From NCBI RefSeq assembly GCF_009914755.1, contig NC_060933.1: a DNA stretch of 64,000 nucleotides, one strand, 5' to 3'. Source of the DNA: the human T2T-CHM13v2.0 reference genome, Homo sapiens. The translations under genes and the position numbers were made by a program. Below are positions 40,304-53,940 of this stretch, one piece after another; position 1 is the stretch's first letter, and every line of letters starts with the position of its first letter. Below the pieces are notes generated by a model. The model did no database searches. It saw only the letters and a list, made by a program, of their open reading frames with translations, and had not been told where the DNA came from.

Positions 40304-41261
40304 CCACAGAATCTGGATTCACTACCAAGAGACTGTAGCATTTATCAAAAAGAAGATAAAGAGAAATAAGAGTTCTTGTTGTCTAGGGAATATATCATCT
40401 TCTTTAGGTAATGCTTATTAATGCTCCTCAAAATAGCTAGAGCATTCAAGCTTTGTACCGAGTTCACAATGAGAGAAGTAGCTTCTACTAGAAATTAAAT
40501 ATGTTACTTCTTTCATTGAGTAACTATTGCTACAAGAATACGTTTGCTGAATAAATTAGCACATTTATTGATATAATTGATTTGCATACTGTGGCAGCAC
40601 TTCATGGACCAAACCCTAAGTCCCATGAAAAATTGAATAGAATTATTTGACAGTTAAGTATCATTGGAAAAGCCTGGCTCTAGTTCTCAGGAAGCAATCT
40701 GGTTGATTATGTGTTTTCGGTGTGTAGTCATAATACAACTGTATATCACTAGTGTACATTAGACACTTTGTGCACTCTACATATATTTTCTCATTTGATC
40801 CTTCAATACATGCATAACAGAAGAAATAGACGTGGATTTAATTGCTCCACTAGGGTCAAAGACCAAAAACCTCATTACAATGCCAATGTTAGAAATTCTT
40901 CTTCCAATTAAAATAAAGTTACCAAAGACAATTGCTCCTGCCATAATGAGAAAATATCGGATGAACTTTAAAAAATTATTTTTTTTTTTGTTTAAAGCCA
41001 TCAAAAAATTGTGGGTCTAAAGTGTCAATGAACTAAATTTCAGAGAAAAACAAGCCCTTCCTTGGTGATCACAGATTAGCAGCAGAGCCCATCTCTGAGG
41101 ACATTTGCTGGATCTGGGGCCTTGAGTAGGTAGAAGAACAAGCCTACAATGTGCAGACAGCTGGAACATTGGGAATAAGCAAAATAATCTACAGGGAACT
41201 GCAAGAGGGACTGAAAACTAGAAAGATCACGTGTTCTCCTCGCACTTACTTATTTCCACTT

Positions 41262-41568
41262 AAGAGACAGGGTCTCATTCTGTCACCCAGGCTATGGTGC
41301 AGTGGAATAATCATTGCTCACTGCAGCCTCAAACTCCTCCCTCAGGTGATCCTCCTGCTTCAGCCTCTCCAGTACATGGAACTACAGGTGCATGACATCA
41401 TGCTTGGCTAATTTTTAATTTTTTTGTGTGTGGACACAAAAACCGACTAGGTTTCCCAGGCTGGTCTAGAACTCTTGGCCTCAAGTGTTCTTCCTGCCTT
41501 GACCCCCACCCTCTCCAACCAAGCACTGGGATTACAGGTGTAATGACAGGGAGTCATCACATCTGGCC
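41262..41568 (-). mobile_element. AluJ
   Basis: Diverged reverse Alu (CTGCAGCCTCAAACTCCT). Confidence 0.85.
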
Positions 41569-42308
41569 TCCCCTAGCATTTAGATATTAAACTGTTGGAA
41601 AAATGAGTAAAAAATAAATGTAAGTAGCATTTTGAGTATTTTCTTCCCATACACCCATGGATTGTTTAGTGTATCTTACTACTTCACATAGGAGACCATT
41701 CCTGCATCAAACTATATAAACTAAGTATTTAAATTTGATTTTTTCCCTACAATAAGCTCTATGCTAAAGCTCATTACATTTGATTTTGACAATCTGTTTT
41801 TATACCACAGTTGCAAAAAATTAATCACATTCTTTACTTCATGAGACATTATCATTATTGTTTCCTACAAGTTTCTCTGGTTTTACTTGTTTCATTTTTT
41901 TATTCCTTATCCCTTGTCACAGACAGGCATGCTAATGTGTTTGATATAGGTTCTTTACTCTTAAAGAATTCTTACAAGATAAGAAGGTTGTTTTCTGAGT
42001 GTGTGTATGTGTATATACGTGAGTGTATACATTTTGCTTAAAGAGTATTGTGCTATAAATCTAATTTTATTTCTAATTTTTTCACAGAGCATAACATCCT
42101 TCATACATTCCCACATTGCTGTAGGTTATTTTTGGTTCTTTATTCCCCTGTAGCTGCTGCATAGTTTTCAATAAAATGAATCAACCACATTTTCCCTATC
42201 CAGTCTTGCAGTAGAATTCACACTGATATCCTGCTACTGAAATATTCACTTCCTTATGGTATCCTTATGAAAACACTTTTTGGTCATGTGTTACAATTTG
42301 TCAGGGGC

Positions 42309-42717
42309 TATGTTAGTCTCTTTATATTGCTATGAAGACATACCCAATGCTGGGTAATTTATTTATTTATTTTTTAATAAAAGAGGTTTATCTTGGTTCG
42401 GGGTTCTGCAGACTGCACAGGAAGCAATGCTATCTGCTCTGGGTGAGGCCTCAAGAAGCTTACAATCATGGCAGAAGGTGAAGGGGAGCCAGTGTGTCAC
42501 ATGGTCAGAGAGGGAGTAAGAGAGAGAAGGGGGCAGTCCCAGGCTGTTTCTAACAATCAGATCTCTATGAACTCACTGAGAAGAACTCACTCAAGTGGAT
42601 TGTGCTAAACCAAGCTTGTCTAACCCACAGCTTGTGCGCTGAATGCAGGTCAGGACAGCTTTGAATGTGGCCCAAATTTGTCAACTTTGTTAAAACAAAA
42701 GAGAGTTTGTGTATGTG

Positions 42718-42751
<34 letters not shown>

Positions 42752-43007
42752 GTTTTTTTTATTTTTATTTATTTATGTATTTATTTATTTTAGCTTATCA
42801 GCTATTTTTAGTGTATTTTATGTGTGGCTCAAGAAAATTCTTCTTCCAATGCTGTCCAGGGAAGCCAAAAGGTTGGACATTCCTGTGCTAAGCTATTCAT
42901 AAGGCATCCACCCCATGATCCAATACCTCTCACTGGGCCCCACCTCCAACATTGGGGATCATATTTTAGCATGAGATTTGGAGGGGACACACATCCAAAC
43001 TATATCA
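42309..43007 (-). mobile_element. MST-type LTR interrupted by MER30
   Basis: GTTAGTC..GAAGCTTACAATCATGGCAGAAGG..CCACCTCCAACATTGGGGATCA..AAACTATATCA. Confidence 0.85.
42611..42885. mobile_element. MER30-like hAT MITE with internal (TG)n
   Basis: Termini CAAGCTTGTCTAACC / GGTTGGACATTCCTG; 8 bp TSD TGCTAAAC/TGCTAAGC. Confidence 0.8.
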
Positions 43008-44817
43008 GGGATATGTACCCATCATCGAGACAGGTTGTAGAGTATGCATACTTTCAAATGGGTCCTGTCATGTTACTTTCTGAAATGGTTAAAACCATTT
43101 AATTTCCCATCCATTGCCCATAAAGCTTGTTTTCCTCATATCCTCATCACTCAATGTTATCTAGGATTCTTATATTTTCTAAGCAAGTGGTGAAAATACA
43201 GATCTCATTTTATTTGTGTACATTTGCATTTGTCAGATTGTTAACAATGTATTGAATTTTTTGGCCCATTTTTCTATTGAGTTTACTATCTTCTTTGTTC
43301 ATCTGAATATCAATCATATTCACCTTGCCCTAAGCAGTGTCAACATTTTCTATTACTCTGTCATACATCTGATAACTTTGTATGCCAACCTTTACTGAAA
43401 TGAGCCTTTATGATTTTTATACTTCTAGAGTTTATGTATTTAATTAAATTTATTGGTTTAGTATATATTTTATTAAACTGTAACAACAGTCCCAAATCTA
43501 TGTTTTGCTGGGTTCATTCAGATTTAGAACTCAGATAACTTTTTGGAGGATAAATTCTTTTTATCATAATGAAGAATGGCTATCATAATGCAATATGATT
43601 ACTTCTGCCAATGCTTATTGTTTTATAGTCTACTTTGTTTCTGTGGTCAGGAGGACAAGACCTGAATGGCCTTGACCAACTCAGCTTTCTGTACCTCCTA
43701 GTTCTCAGAATAACTTTAGAATGTTCCAAGAAGACAATATCCTGAGATGAGTAGAAACCGTCTGGGACAGTCTGGGCTCTGTCCTTGTTGTTCCTAGAAC
43801 AGGATATTACTGCAGCCCTTAAACTCAGAGAGCCAAGGTGCACGTGGGGTGTGAAACCTAGGGCGGAGCACTCAGGGGTTCCTCAGCGCAGTACACAGTG
43901 GGGCATGTGCAGAGGAGACTCCACCAACCCTGGGCAACTTTTCTGACCTCAAGGGTCAGGCTTGCCATAGAACTTAACGGTTTTGCTGATTCTTCCTGCT
44001 CCTCTGTGAGTAATAAATTTGGTTTGTCTGACTTACTGTGCGAGCATTCTTCTGTTCCTGGCAGCTTGGTTTATATAAAAAACCTCCTACTAGACCTATG
44101 AATCTATGCAATGTGGAAGTGTCATAGAGGTAAATAAGAAGCAACTTAACTGAGTTGAAAACTAACATACATAACATGGGGCCACTGCACCAAGGGGCAA
44201 AATGATCCTGCCAAAAAGTCCCATGTGACCATTCCAGACATACTGTGGAAGAAGGATGCTGAAACTCACAGAGATCTGAAGATCTTATCCAAGCCAACAG
44301 GAGGCTAATAAAGCAAGAGAATTCCACTGTACTCTGATGCGAGAGTACAAGCTTCATCTCAGAGAATAGCAATGTAATGGCCCCAGCGATCAGACCAGAG
44401 AGACCCTCTGCCACAGAGAAAGCAGCGGTCTAGAGAACAGCATGAAGACAATAAGAGACTTCAGATTCACTTTCCCTTTGCCTTGAGGCCACAGAAAGCC
44501 CAAAGCATCTGAACATCTTCCTGGAGGCATTTAACTAAAAGAGAGCTATTGAAACTTGAAGAAAAATGTGAATCAAGAAGCTAAATTTAAAGATATGTTA
44601 CTTTCTCCAACCATCCCCCACCAATTAACCATAGGATGAGTCTAGTGAGATAAAGCATATCATTTATACAAAATACAAAAGTTATATGTCCTTTATGTGG
44701 GCAGAAATATGTTCAAGCTTTACTCAATAAAGGTATCTTGTTTTACTACTAGAAATGGTAATTTTCACTTGGTCATTACTTTATTTTATAATTATCTCTA
44801 TTTAAATTAGTATCAGC

Positions 44818-45325
44818 TCACTCCTGGGTATCCACCTAGAGGAAAAGAAGTCATATGAAAAAGACACATGTATGCACATTCATAGCAGCACAACTCACAC
44901 TTGCAAAAATGTGTAACAAGGTTAAATGTCTATCAGCCAATGAGTGGACAAAGAAAATGTGTTATAGATACACCATGGAATACTACTCAGCCCTAAAAAT
45001 GAATCAAATAATGACACTTGCAGCAACCTGGATGGAGTTAGAGATGATTATTGTAAGTGAAGTAACTCAGGAATAAAAAACAAATATTGTATGTTCTCAC
45101 TTATAAGTGGGAGCTAAGCTATGAGAGAGTGAAGGCATAAGAATGATTTAATAGACTTTGGGGACTCAGAGGGAAGGTTAGGGGGGTGAGGGATAAAAGA
45201 CTACACATTGGGTACAATGTACACTACTTGAGTAATGCGTACACCAAAATCTCAGAAATCACCACTAAATAACTTTTCCATGTAACCAAAAACCACCTGT
45301 TTCCCAAAAACTATTGCAATAAAGT
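44818..45325 (+). mobile_element. L1PA/L1PB 3' end
   Basis: ORF 44855..45076 resembles ORF2 C-terminus (YTMEYYSALK..AATWMELE); TGTTCTCACTTATAAGTGGGAGCTAA; ends AATAAA. Confidence 0.88.
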
Positions 45326-45327
45326 AA

Positions 45328-46065
45328 TATATATGAAAACAATCAACATGATAGTCTTGAAGTGCAACATTCACTGGGTTTCATATGGGAGAAAAACAGC
45401 TAAAATCAAACACATGGACAGGCAGTCAGAACAAAGTCCATCATATACATAGTAAAATTAATACAAGGACAAACATTCATGAGTGGAGTCCATTTGAATC
45501 AGCCTGTAGTGAAGACATGTGCCTTAGGGCACACATAACTCATGTTAGGGAGAAAATGTATAATTTTACTCAATGTGAAAACATCTTCAGAAATAACTCA
45601 GTCCATGCTGTCCAGATGCAGTTCTGTTCTGTAGAGATGAAGAATAAGAATCATCAAAGTGGAAAAACCTCTGTCCTGCTCCAAATTCTGGTCCACACAG
45701 GAGTAGTACTACTGGAGAGAAAAGCCATACATGTCCCAAATGAAGGAAAGCCTTTACGTTATCAGTCATTTCTTATGAGACATATGAAACTTCACACTGG
45801 AGAGAAACCTTATGAATGTAACAAAAGTGAGAAAGGCTTTAGATATTCCCTACACCTTAATAAATATTTAAGAAAGAACATTCTGGAGAAGCCCTATGGA
45901 TGTAAGGAATGTGGGAAAGCCTTCAGCAAGGCTCAAAACATGCACATATAAGGAGTCACACTGGAAGAAACCCTATAAATGTGATAAATGTGAAAAAGAC
46001 TTTGCAAAGTCACCAGAATTAAAAGCCATCTTAAGATTCACAATAGTGAGAAGCCCTGTGAGTGG
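45328..46065 (+). pseudogene. ZNF114: ZNF114-like KRAB-ZNF fragment (spacer plus C2H2 fingers; KRAB absent); further decayed fingers to ~46505
   Basis: LKSNTWTGSQNKVHHI..LRAHITHVREKMYNFTQCEN..YQSFLMRHMKLHTGEKPYEC..FRYSLHLNK..KPYKC..KDFAKS matches my recall of ZNF114; frameshifts and lost Cys/His. Confidence 0.82.
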
Positions 46066-47039
46066 CAGGGAAATCATCATTAATTTTTCACCGTACTGAA
46101 CATGTGAGGAGGACATACTGGAAGGGAGCTCAATGAGTTAACATGCATGAGAACATCTTTCCTGAACTCTCCTATCTTACAGAAGTGTGAAAAGAAACCC
46201 TCTGAAGGTAAAGTCTATGGAAAGCCTTTCATCTTCATTCATCGTGAGTAGATATTTGTTCTCACACTGGAGAGAAGCTATGAAAGTAAGGAATATGAAA
46301 AAAGCCTCAGTGTTGTCTCAGACTCATAGTTCATACAAGAACTCACACAGCAGAGACTGCTTATGGAAGTAAAAAATGCAGAAAATACCTCTTTAAACAC
46401 TATCCCTCCTTTATACATGATTCCACACCCTGGAGGGAGACTACAATTGAATAAATATAAGAAAGCTTTCAGTTCCAGCTCTTCACTTATTGGGCATGAA
46501 TGAGCACAGGGTAGGACTGAAGCACAGTAAACGTTAACAATTATTGACTTTATCATTGTCTTATCCCTCAATTAGAACTCAAATTCATAATTTTGTAGTT
46601 TTTCCTTTCTTAAAAAATGGTACAAGATGACAGATATCTGTCTTAGCAACCTTTCCGCTCTGCCACCTTAATGTTGCTATGTAGTAGCTTTGTTACAATT
46701 CATTTACATACACATGGTTTCATTTTCAGTGGGAAGCCCTTCTGAGCTCCATTCAATTTAGATTTAGAATTCGTATGCTCCATGATACCTTTTTTGTCAG
46801 TTTGTTTTTTGTTGGTCACAATTTGACTGCATTATGGTCACATTATGTGGTTTTAATGGTACTGATTTGGGGTACCTGTTATGACTTTCATTTTGGTCTA
46901 ATGTGGCCAATGCTGTCCATTTCCCTGCTATATCCATTATTCTCATCTTCTTCACTAAGGGAACATAGATTCACTTTTTCCAAGGAGCACTGTTTAAATG
47001 TCTTTATTTATTTATTTATGCATATTTTATTATTTTATA

Positions 47040-47343
47040 ATTTTTTTTTTGAAAAATGGTCTCACTCTGTCTCCCAGGCTGGAGTACAGTGGCATGATCA
47101 GAGCTCACTGCAGTCTTGAACTCCTGGGCTCATGTGATCTCCCAGCTCAGACTCCTGAGTAGGTAGGACTGCAGGCATAACAGGTGTGCACCGCCACACC
47201 CAGCTTTTGTTTTGTTTTGTTTTTGTAGAGACTGGGTCTCGTTATGTTGCCTAGACTGGTTTCAAATTCCTGTGCTCAAGTGATTCTCCCACCTTGGCCT
47301 CCCAAATAGCTGGAATTACAGGCATGAGCCACCATGCCTGGCC
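47040..47343 (-). mobile_element. AluJ
   Basis: Reverse Alu consensus. Confidence 0.85.
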
Positions 47344-47984
47344 CTGGTTAACGTCTTTAAATGAGTTTCCCAGTTTTTCTCGTAACTGTAGTGAGCGAAT
47401 CTTATAGTCCTGGCCAATGTGAAATGCAGAATTCACTGCTTTGGATTTCTGAAAATCTGTTTGGAAAGGGGAGAGTTATTGTTCCTCTTTTTTGTTGACC
47501 AATTTCCCTTTGCTTTCTCTGCTTGCTGCTCTCTGGAAATAGGATGAAATGCCCTGAGTTGGGTTTAGCAACTTGAAGACCATTGGAAAGATTGTCCCTA
47601 CAACAAAACCTTCAATCTACAAGATTTCTCCCTCCCCAATGGCATGTTGTGTATCCCTGGCTGCCGTGGACTATTTCTGGACTTGTTTCATGAAACTAAC
47701 CCCTAGTAGAACTAAGAAACATTTTAGGAGAGAAGTTTACAACAGATTAAATGATAAACCTAAAAAATGAATAAAACATATTATAAAAATAAAGAGGATA
47801 GACAAAACGGGCTTGCAGATGCTGACTGGCCACACTCATCCTTGGCGCTTGCCCCCATGGATGCCTCACTGACTGTGACACTTGGAGAGCTGGCAGCCAT
47901 CACTCAAAAATCAGAACACAGTGGCCTCTACTGCAGCATCAGGGAACAAAAACTAAGCTTGTCAGCTCTCAAGAAACATACTTA

Positions 47985-48017
<33 letters not shown>

Positions 48018-48288
48018 GACATAAATTTATTCAGGGACTTTGAGGTATCTCATGCTAAACAGATAAAATGAATTAAAACTAGTGCAAAGTTATGGCAACA
48101 GTACTCCCCATTATTTATGCAGGGCGTTGAAAACTGGCACACATCACAGATCCTTAAGTCATTCTCTGAATCAGGAGGAGAAAAGAGAACAGAGAGAGCT
48201 CACTGTATGTGCCAGTCACTGGACTGAGTACTGCGCCTACGGGATCCCACTTGATGCTTGCAATAACCCTGCAAGATAAAGGTAAAAA

Positions 48289-48372
48289 CTCACACACACA
48301 CACACACACACACAAACTCACACACACACTCTCACGCATACATACACATAAACTCACACATACACACGCATC
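48289..48372. repeat. Interrupted (CA)n
   Basis: Directly visible. Confidence 0.9.
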
Positions 48373-48435
48373 CTCAAGCACACACTAGAAACTACAGAAC
48401 AAAAAAGCATTGACAACTAATAGAAGTATACTGCT

Positions 48436-48531
48436 GGCCAAACAAAGTGGCTCATGCCTATAATCTCGGCACTTTAGGCCAGGAATTCAAGACAAGCCTG
48501 GGCAACATAGCAAGACACCATCTACACAAAA
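48436..48531 (+). mobile_element. Alu monomer/FLAM fragment
   Basis: GTGGCTCATGCCTATAATCTCGGCACTTT..AGCCTGGGCAACATAGCAAGAC. Confidence 0.75.
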
Positions 48532-49760
48532 CATTTTCTTAAATAAACATCATTTTTAAAAAGAGGTATAATGCCTACAGGCTCAGGGAAGCAACACCCC
48601 TATGGCTGTATGGTAAGCAGCAGGCAAGGCTATTTTTCAGACCAAAGTGGTAGTGACTCCAGGGTTCCTTTGCACACTTAGCCAGGAGATTGGCTAGCTC
48701 AGCACTGCCTGGGTTCACTTTACGCTTCTACAGTTCTAAAGCTCTGGCAGGTGGGACCTAAGCATCACAGAAAGTGCTATTATGCAGGACTCTCTTGACT
48801 GCAAGTGACTGAAACCTAACTGGATCCAGCAGAACATTGAATTATTTGGCTTTACTTACTAAAAATGTACATGAGTAGATGGGCTTCTGTCTCAGTGGGA
48901 TCAGGGGTCAACTAATATCAACCAAGGCTCATTCTGTCCCTTCATTTCCTGTGTCAGCTCTGCTTTTCAGGCAAGCTGTTTTGAGAGAGCAGCAAAAATG
49001 GCCCCATAAAGTTCACATCACTTACTTCCTTACAAATAGATATGCCAATAAAAAGAAAGCACCTCATTCCCAGCAGTTTCATCAGAAGTTCAGGGATGAC
49101 TTCCAGGAGCCCAGCTTGGATCACATGACCACTCCTGAATCAATTACCCTGCTGATCTGATTGCCCAGGGTGGGTCAGCCTTCCCAAATCACATGGACTA
49201 GTATTGAAAGACAGGTCCTCCCATGAAAAGAAAAAAAAAAAAAAAGGAAGGGTAGTGGCAGAGGAATATGAGTGGGGGGGGCCTCAACTCTATATAAAAA
49301 GTATGAGCGTATTTGTGCTCTTTTGTACATTCATTTGTATAGTCACTGGGAAAAAAATGAGAAAAACCCAAACACGGCTTTCTATATGCCTCTGTGCTTT
49401 GTTTTCAACACTGAGCTGTGAGAAATCTAGTTACTAAAATGAAACTTTGAAAAAATATAACAATTTGGGACAATGGGGACACTTAGCTGATGCAGCACAG
49501 GTGAACAGTTCTTCTTTTGTGCCCAAGAGGACACAATTCCCAGGAGGCTGCATGTGGTCTCCTAGGACAAGCCTGTGGGCACCCACTGGCTGCAGTTCCA
49601 CCTTTCCTTCCCTGGACTCTCAGGAAGACATGAGTTCTGGATTCAGCTGAACTGAGCTCAAGTTCAAGTTCTGTGACTCACTGGCTCTGTAATTCTGGGT
49701 AAGTCTCTTGCTCTCCTTGAGTCTCATATCCTCCTTGGTAAAATGGAGAGGTAGAGCTAT

Positions 49761-50151
49761 TGTTAGATTTTGAAGGCAAGGCAAGGGTTAAAGAAAGACA
49801 GAGAAAGACAGTTGACGGCTTCAACAGCAACACCTTTATTACTAGCAAAACCCTGCAGAGGAGGAAACCAGCTTACTGCCAGCACCAACTGCCTCTCACA
49901 GGCTGGGGTGATCATGGGACTGGGAAGGAGGGGTGTGGGCGGTAGAGCTTGCTGCCCGGCAGGATATGGCAAGGATGTTCCTGCAGTCAGGCTGTTGGGC
50001 CTTTGCCCGGGAGGGTGCGATAAGGATGTTTCTACAGTCAGGTGATCAGGAAGGATGCTTCTCACGGCCCGAGTTCCCAAGGAATGTTTCATTCTGACCA
50101 GGGTGTGCAAAACGGCTGCAGGTTTACAAAATGGTACAGGTTAGACTAACA
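49761..50151 (-). mobile_element. ERV solo LTR (LTR18-like, tentative) splitting a MIR
   Basis: TGTTAG...CTAACA inverted termini; reverse AATAAA ~49835; MIR core on both flanks. Confidence 0.6.
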
Positions 50152-50437
50152 GCAACATCTCCCAGGTAGACAGTTCTATAAAGTAAACTTCCCTTGAGCA
50201 CCTACACTGTACCAGACATGGTGCTAGGACCCAGGCCACAGGAGGAACAGGACAGATGAGGCCCCTGCCATCCTGGTGCTCATGCCTGATGAAGGAAGCT
50301 AACAGGTCGTAAGACCAGGTCACGTGGTGGTGGTAATGAAAGACATTACCAGCCGCTTCGAGGTCCCTGCCAGAACCTGACTGCCACATTCCCCAAAGGG
50401 ACCAGACTCCTCGGCACACTAGCTGAGGTTTCTATAG

Positions 50438-50887
<450 letters not shown>

Positions 50888-52587
50888 TACAAATTATGTT
50901 CTTAAAAGAAGCTGCTCAGTGCCATGCCTAACACAAGATGGAACTCCACGATGAGATATGTGTGAAGACAGGGTGCCATGGTTACAAACAAGGACTCCAG
51001 GTGCAGACTGTTTGGTTCAAACCTGGACCAGCGGTATGAATTTTTGCAACTCTCTGTATTGCTCTTTGCCTCAGTTTTTTCATATAACAACTAGAAGTAA
51101 AAACAAGGTTATTGTGAAAATTAAATGAATTAAAGTAAGTGGAGTGCCTACAACACCCCCAGGCACACGGTCAGCACTGAGCATGTTTTTCATTACTACT
51201 CTTAATGAGATAAGAATGAGAAAACAGGCGCCAGCCATGAGCCTGGGGTTTATCTGGCAAAGGCATCAGAGACCCCACTTTTAACATCCTCCATTCATTC
51301 ATTTGACCCTGATAAGGAAGGAGTCTCATGGGAGAGGAGCAAGCCTCCACCTGGGGGCCAGACATCTCATGATCAAAGTTGAACTCTACCACTGTTCAGC
51401 TGGGTGACTTTGGGCAAGTGACTTTCCCTCTCTGATCCTCATGTTCCTTTTTGATAAAAACAGCAAAATGTCAGGCCTATGGGGATTCAAGGAGCCAAAA
51501 GAAAAATGTGTGTCTTAGTCTGAATTTCCTGGAAGTAGATCCTGAGGCAAAGATTCAAATACAAAAATTTTGTTTGGAGATAACGCTAGGATATTAATTC
51601 GACTGCCAGTTCTTCCTTAGGGTGCTAATCCCAGGAAACATCAGTGGAGGAGTGGGGAACTGAGACAGGAAAGGAATGCAGCAGTTAAAGGGACCTTCAT
51701 CAAGAAAGTTTCCACTGTGGCAGCCAGGACTCAGCCCTGCCAGGTACCTCTGAGAGACAGCACAGAACATGTGCTTCAGAGTCATCATACCCAGAGCAAG
51801 GGACCAGGGGTATTTATCCACCAATACCCACCAGTCACTCCTCAGGGATCCTCCCAAGGGCATGATTCCTCCAGAATGTCCTGCCTGCGCTGCAAGGGTC
51901 AGACCTGGGGTTGAGGGCAGGACCCCTGACAGCGCTTCCAGCAATGGGCAGAACCACAGCCTGATGTGTACAGTTTCAGTCACCCAGTAACTCCAACACA
52001 CACACACACACACATTCACACACCACACTCCAACACCAACAAAGTATATACGTACATACACATACATGCATACATGACTGTTACCCACTTAGATCTTAGT
52101 GACTCCATGGGATAGACGATAAGGTGGGAATCAGAGGAAAGAGTAAAATTAAGGCGAGTGAAAGTCTTAAGAACAAAATGCAAATTTAGGCTGAAAATGA
52201 AGGGGGAGGAGGTGTGGTCTCGACACCAAATGCCTGCTGGGTGGCACATGCTCTACACACACTGTCACTAATTCTCCAAGCAGCCTCGTGGAGTAAAAGA
52301 AATTCCTCTCAATGTACAGATGACAGAAACATAGTTCAGAAAAGAAAACTGATTTTACTAATGTCTCAGCAAGTTAGTGGGTGACATGGAGTCCCAGATC
52401 TTTCTGTCCACAAAGCCTACAAATTCTCCCTTGTTAGGCAGGCTGGGTACCAGGCCCTGCTTCTGGGCTCTGCTTCTTTTCCTGCTAGGCTAAAACAGCA
52501 GAACTGACAGAGACATCATCCCCCTTCTCCACCTGGAGCAGAGCCAATGAGAGGGGCTGGGGAACAGCCATGAGGCCCAGCACCCAC

Positions 52588-53571
52588 CATTCAATGTCTT
52601 CAGAATTGCCGTCCCTCAGAACTCTTGCACCACGAGGTGGCAGCACTCCCAGTGTCTGGGTGTCTTCTGAGGGGTACCAGGATCCAGTAGAGGCCACTGG
52701 CTGTGCTGTCATATCCTAAGTGGCAGCAAGGCAGGCTTGGGTCTCTTGGCTGCTTCAGCACCAGAGGTTGGACAGTGCCCATGCATTGAGTCCCTCAGGA
52801 GAATGGGAGGGAAAGGAAGGGCAGAATGGAGTGATGTAGGGTCCATCCACCATGTCCCTGGATGTGGAGACCCCTGCTCCCACAGTAGTCCACACCAGGA
52901 CCACGATTAGCACTCATGAAGATGCCAGCCTCCATGTATATGTCCTTGTCTGACAACTCCTCCTTATTTTCATCCTGGAGACAAGAACCCTGAACACAGT
53001 AGCTCTGAGGGCACCTGAGTGTAACCTGAGACAGTCCCTGAAGACCTTTCATCCAAGCAGGATCCCTCCCTTGCCATCTCCAGACCTGCCCCACAAACTC
53101 CCTCCCTGGTCTCCTGGCTCTTGTTCACTCCTTCCAGGCAGCCTTCCACAGTCATCTCTAAAACATATATGACTGTCCCTTCCTTTATCCAGCACCTTCC
53201 ATGGCTCCCCAGAGCCCTCCAGGTCAAGTTCAAGTTCTTTGATCAGACACTAGATCTCAAGCTGCATTCTACCTCCTGAATTAAGATCCCGGAGAAGCCC
53301 ACCTTGCTCAGCACAAACGCATCACTGAAGTCGAAAATCTTGAACGTGGCCTTGGCATTGAGGAAGTCATCAACACCCTGGCTAGTGAGGGTGCAGTGCC
53401 GCTCCAGGATGATGGTGTCTAAAGTTGTGCACCAGGTCGCAGGCCCTGCAGAAGCATCTCCCCTCAGGAGTGAGGTAGTACAGGAAGTCTGTGCACAGGC
53501 AGATCTGCTGGTGCTGTTACACTATGAGGGCACTGAGCTCCAAGATGGTGGCAATATATTCACTGGGATTC
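52588..53571 (-). pseudogene. CYP4F: Unprocessed CYP4F pseudogene fragment, three exons (53571-53303, 52974-~52915, 52715-52588)
   Basis: NPSEYIATILELSALIV*..DFLYYLTPEGR..SQGVDDFL..; DENKEELSDKDIYMEAGIF; GYDSTASGLYWIL..EDIEW, equal to CYP4F exons ~7-9 with introns; stop and frameshifts; heme-binding exons not seen. Confidence 0.93.
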
Positions 53572-53940
53572 CTGCACGGTGAGGTTGGAGAGAGGAAGCA
53601 TCTCCACAACACATATGAAACCCTGGAAGCACTTCCCAGCCAGAAATTCAGGACCACGTTATATGCAGATATGGGTGCCCTCTGAGCACACTTGTCTCTC
53701 TGTCTCCCACTCTGAGCTGCCTCCTGGCCCCACATGCCCCAGCCTGGCCCAGGGCTTAGCCCAGTGGGTGTTCAGTCCATGGTGTTGACTGCTCCCTGGG
53801 CCAGGAGAGCCCTTGGTGGCTCTGTGACTCCTCCTGTGGAACCCCTACCTCTGCCTTGGGACCTCCCAATTCCCATGGAAGCCCCCACAGCTCTGGATTG
53901 TCCCACCTGCCCTGTGATCCTCCAGCCCCATAGGCCTTAC

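Noticed and set aside
43645-44110. Possible old ERV LTR
   Set aside because: LTR-like composition, but termini and family could not be established.
45385-45951. 188 aa zinc-finger CDS
   Set aside because: Mixed frames, broken Cys/His ligands, no KRAB exon.
53304-53582. 92 aa plus-strand ORF
   Set aside because: Antisense shadow of the CYP4F exon.
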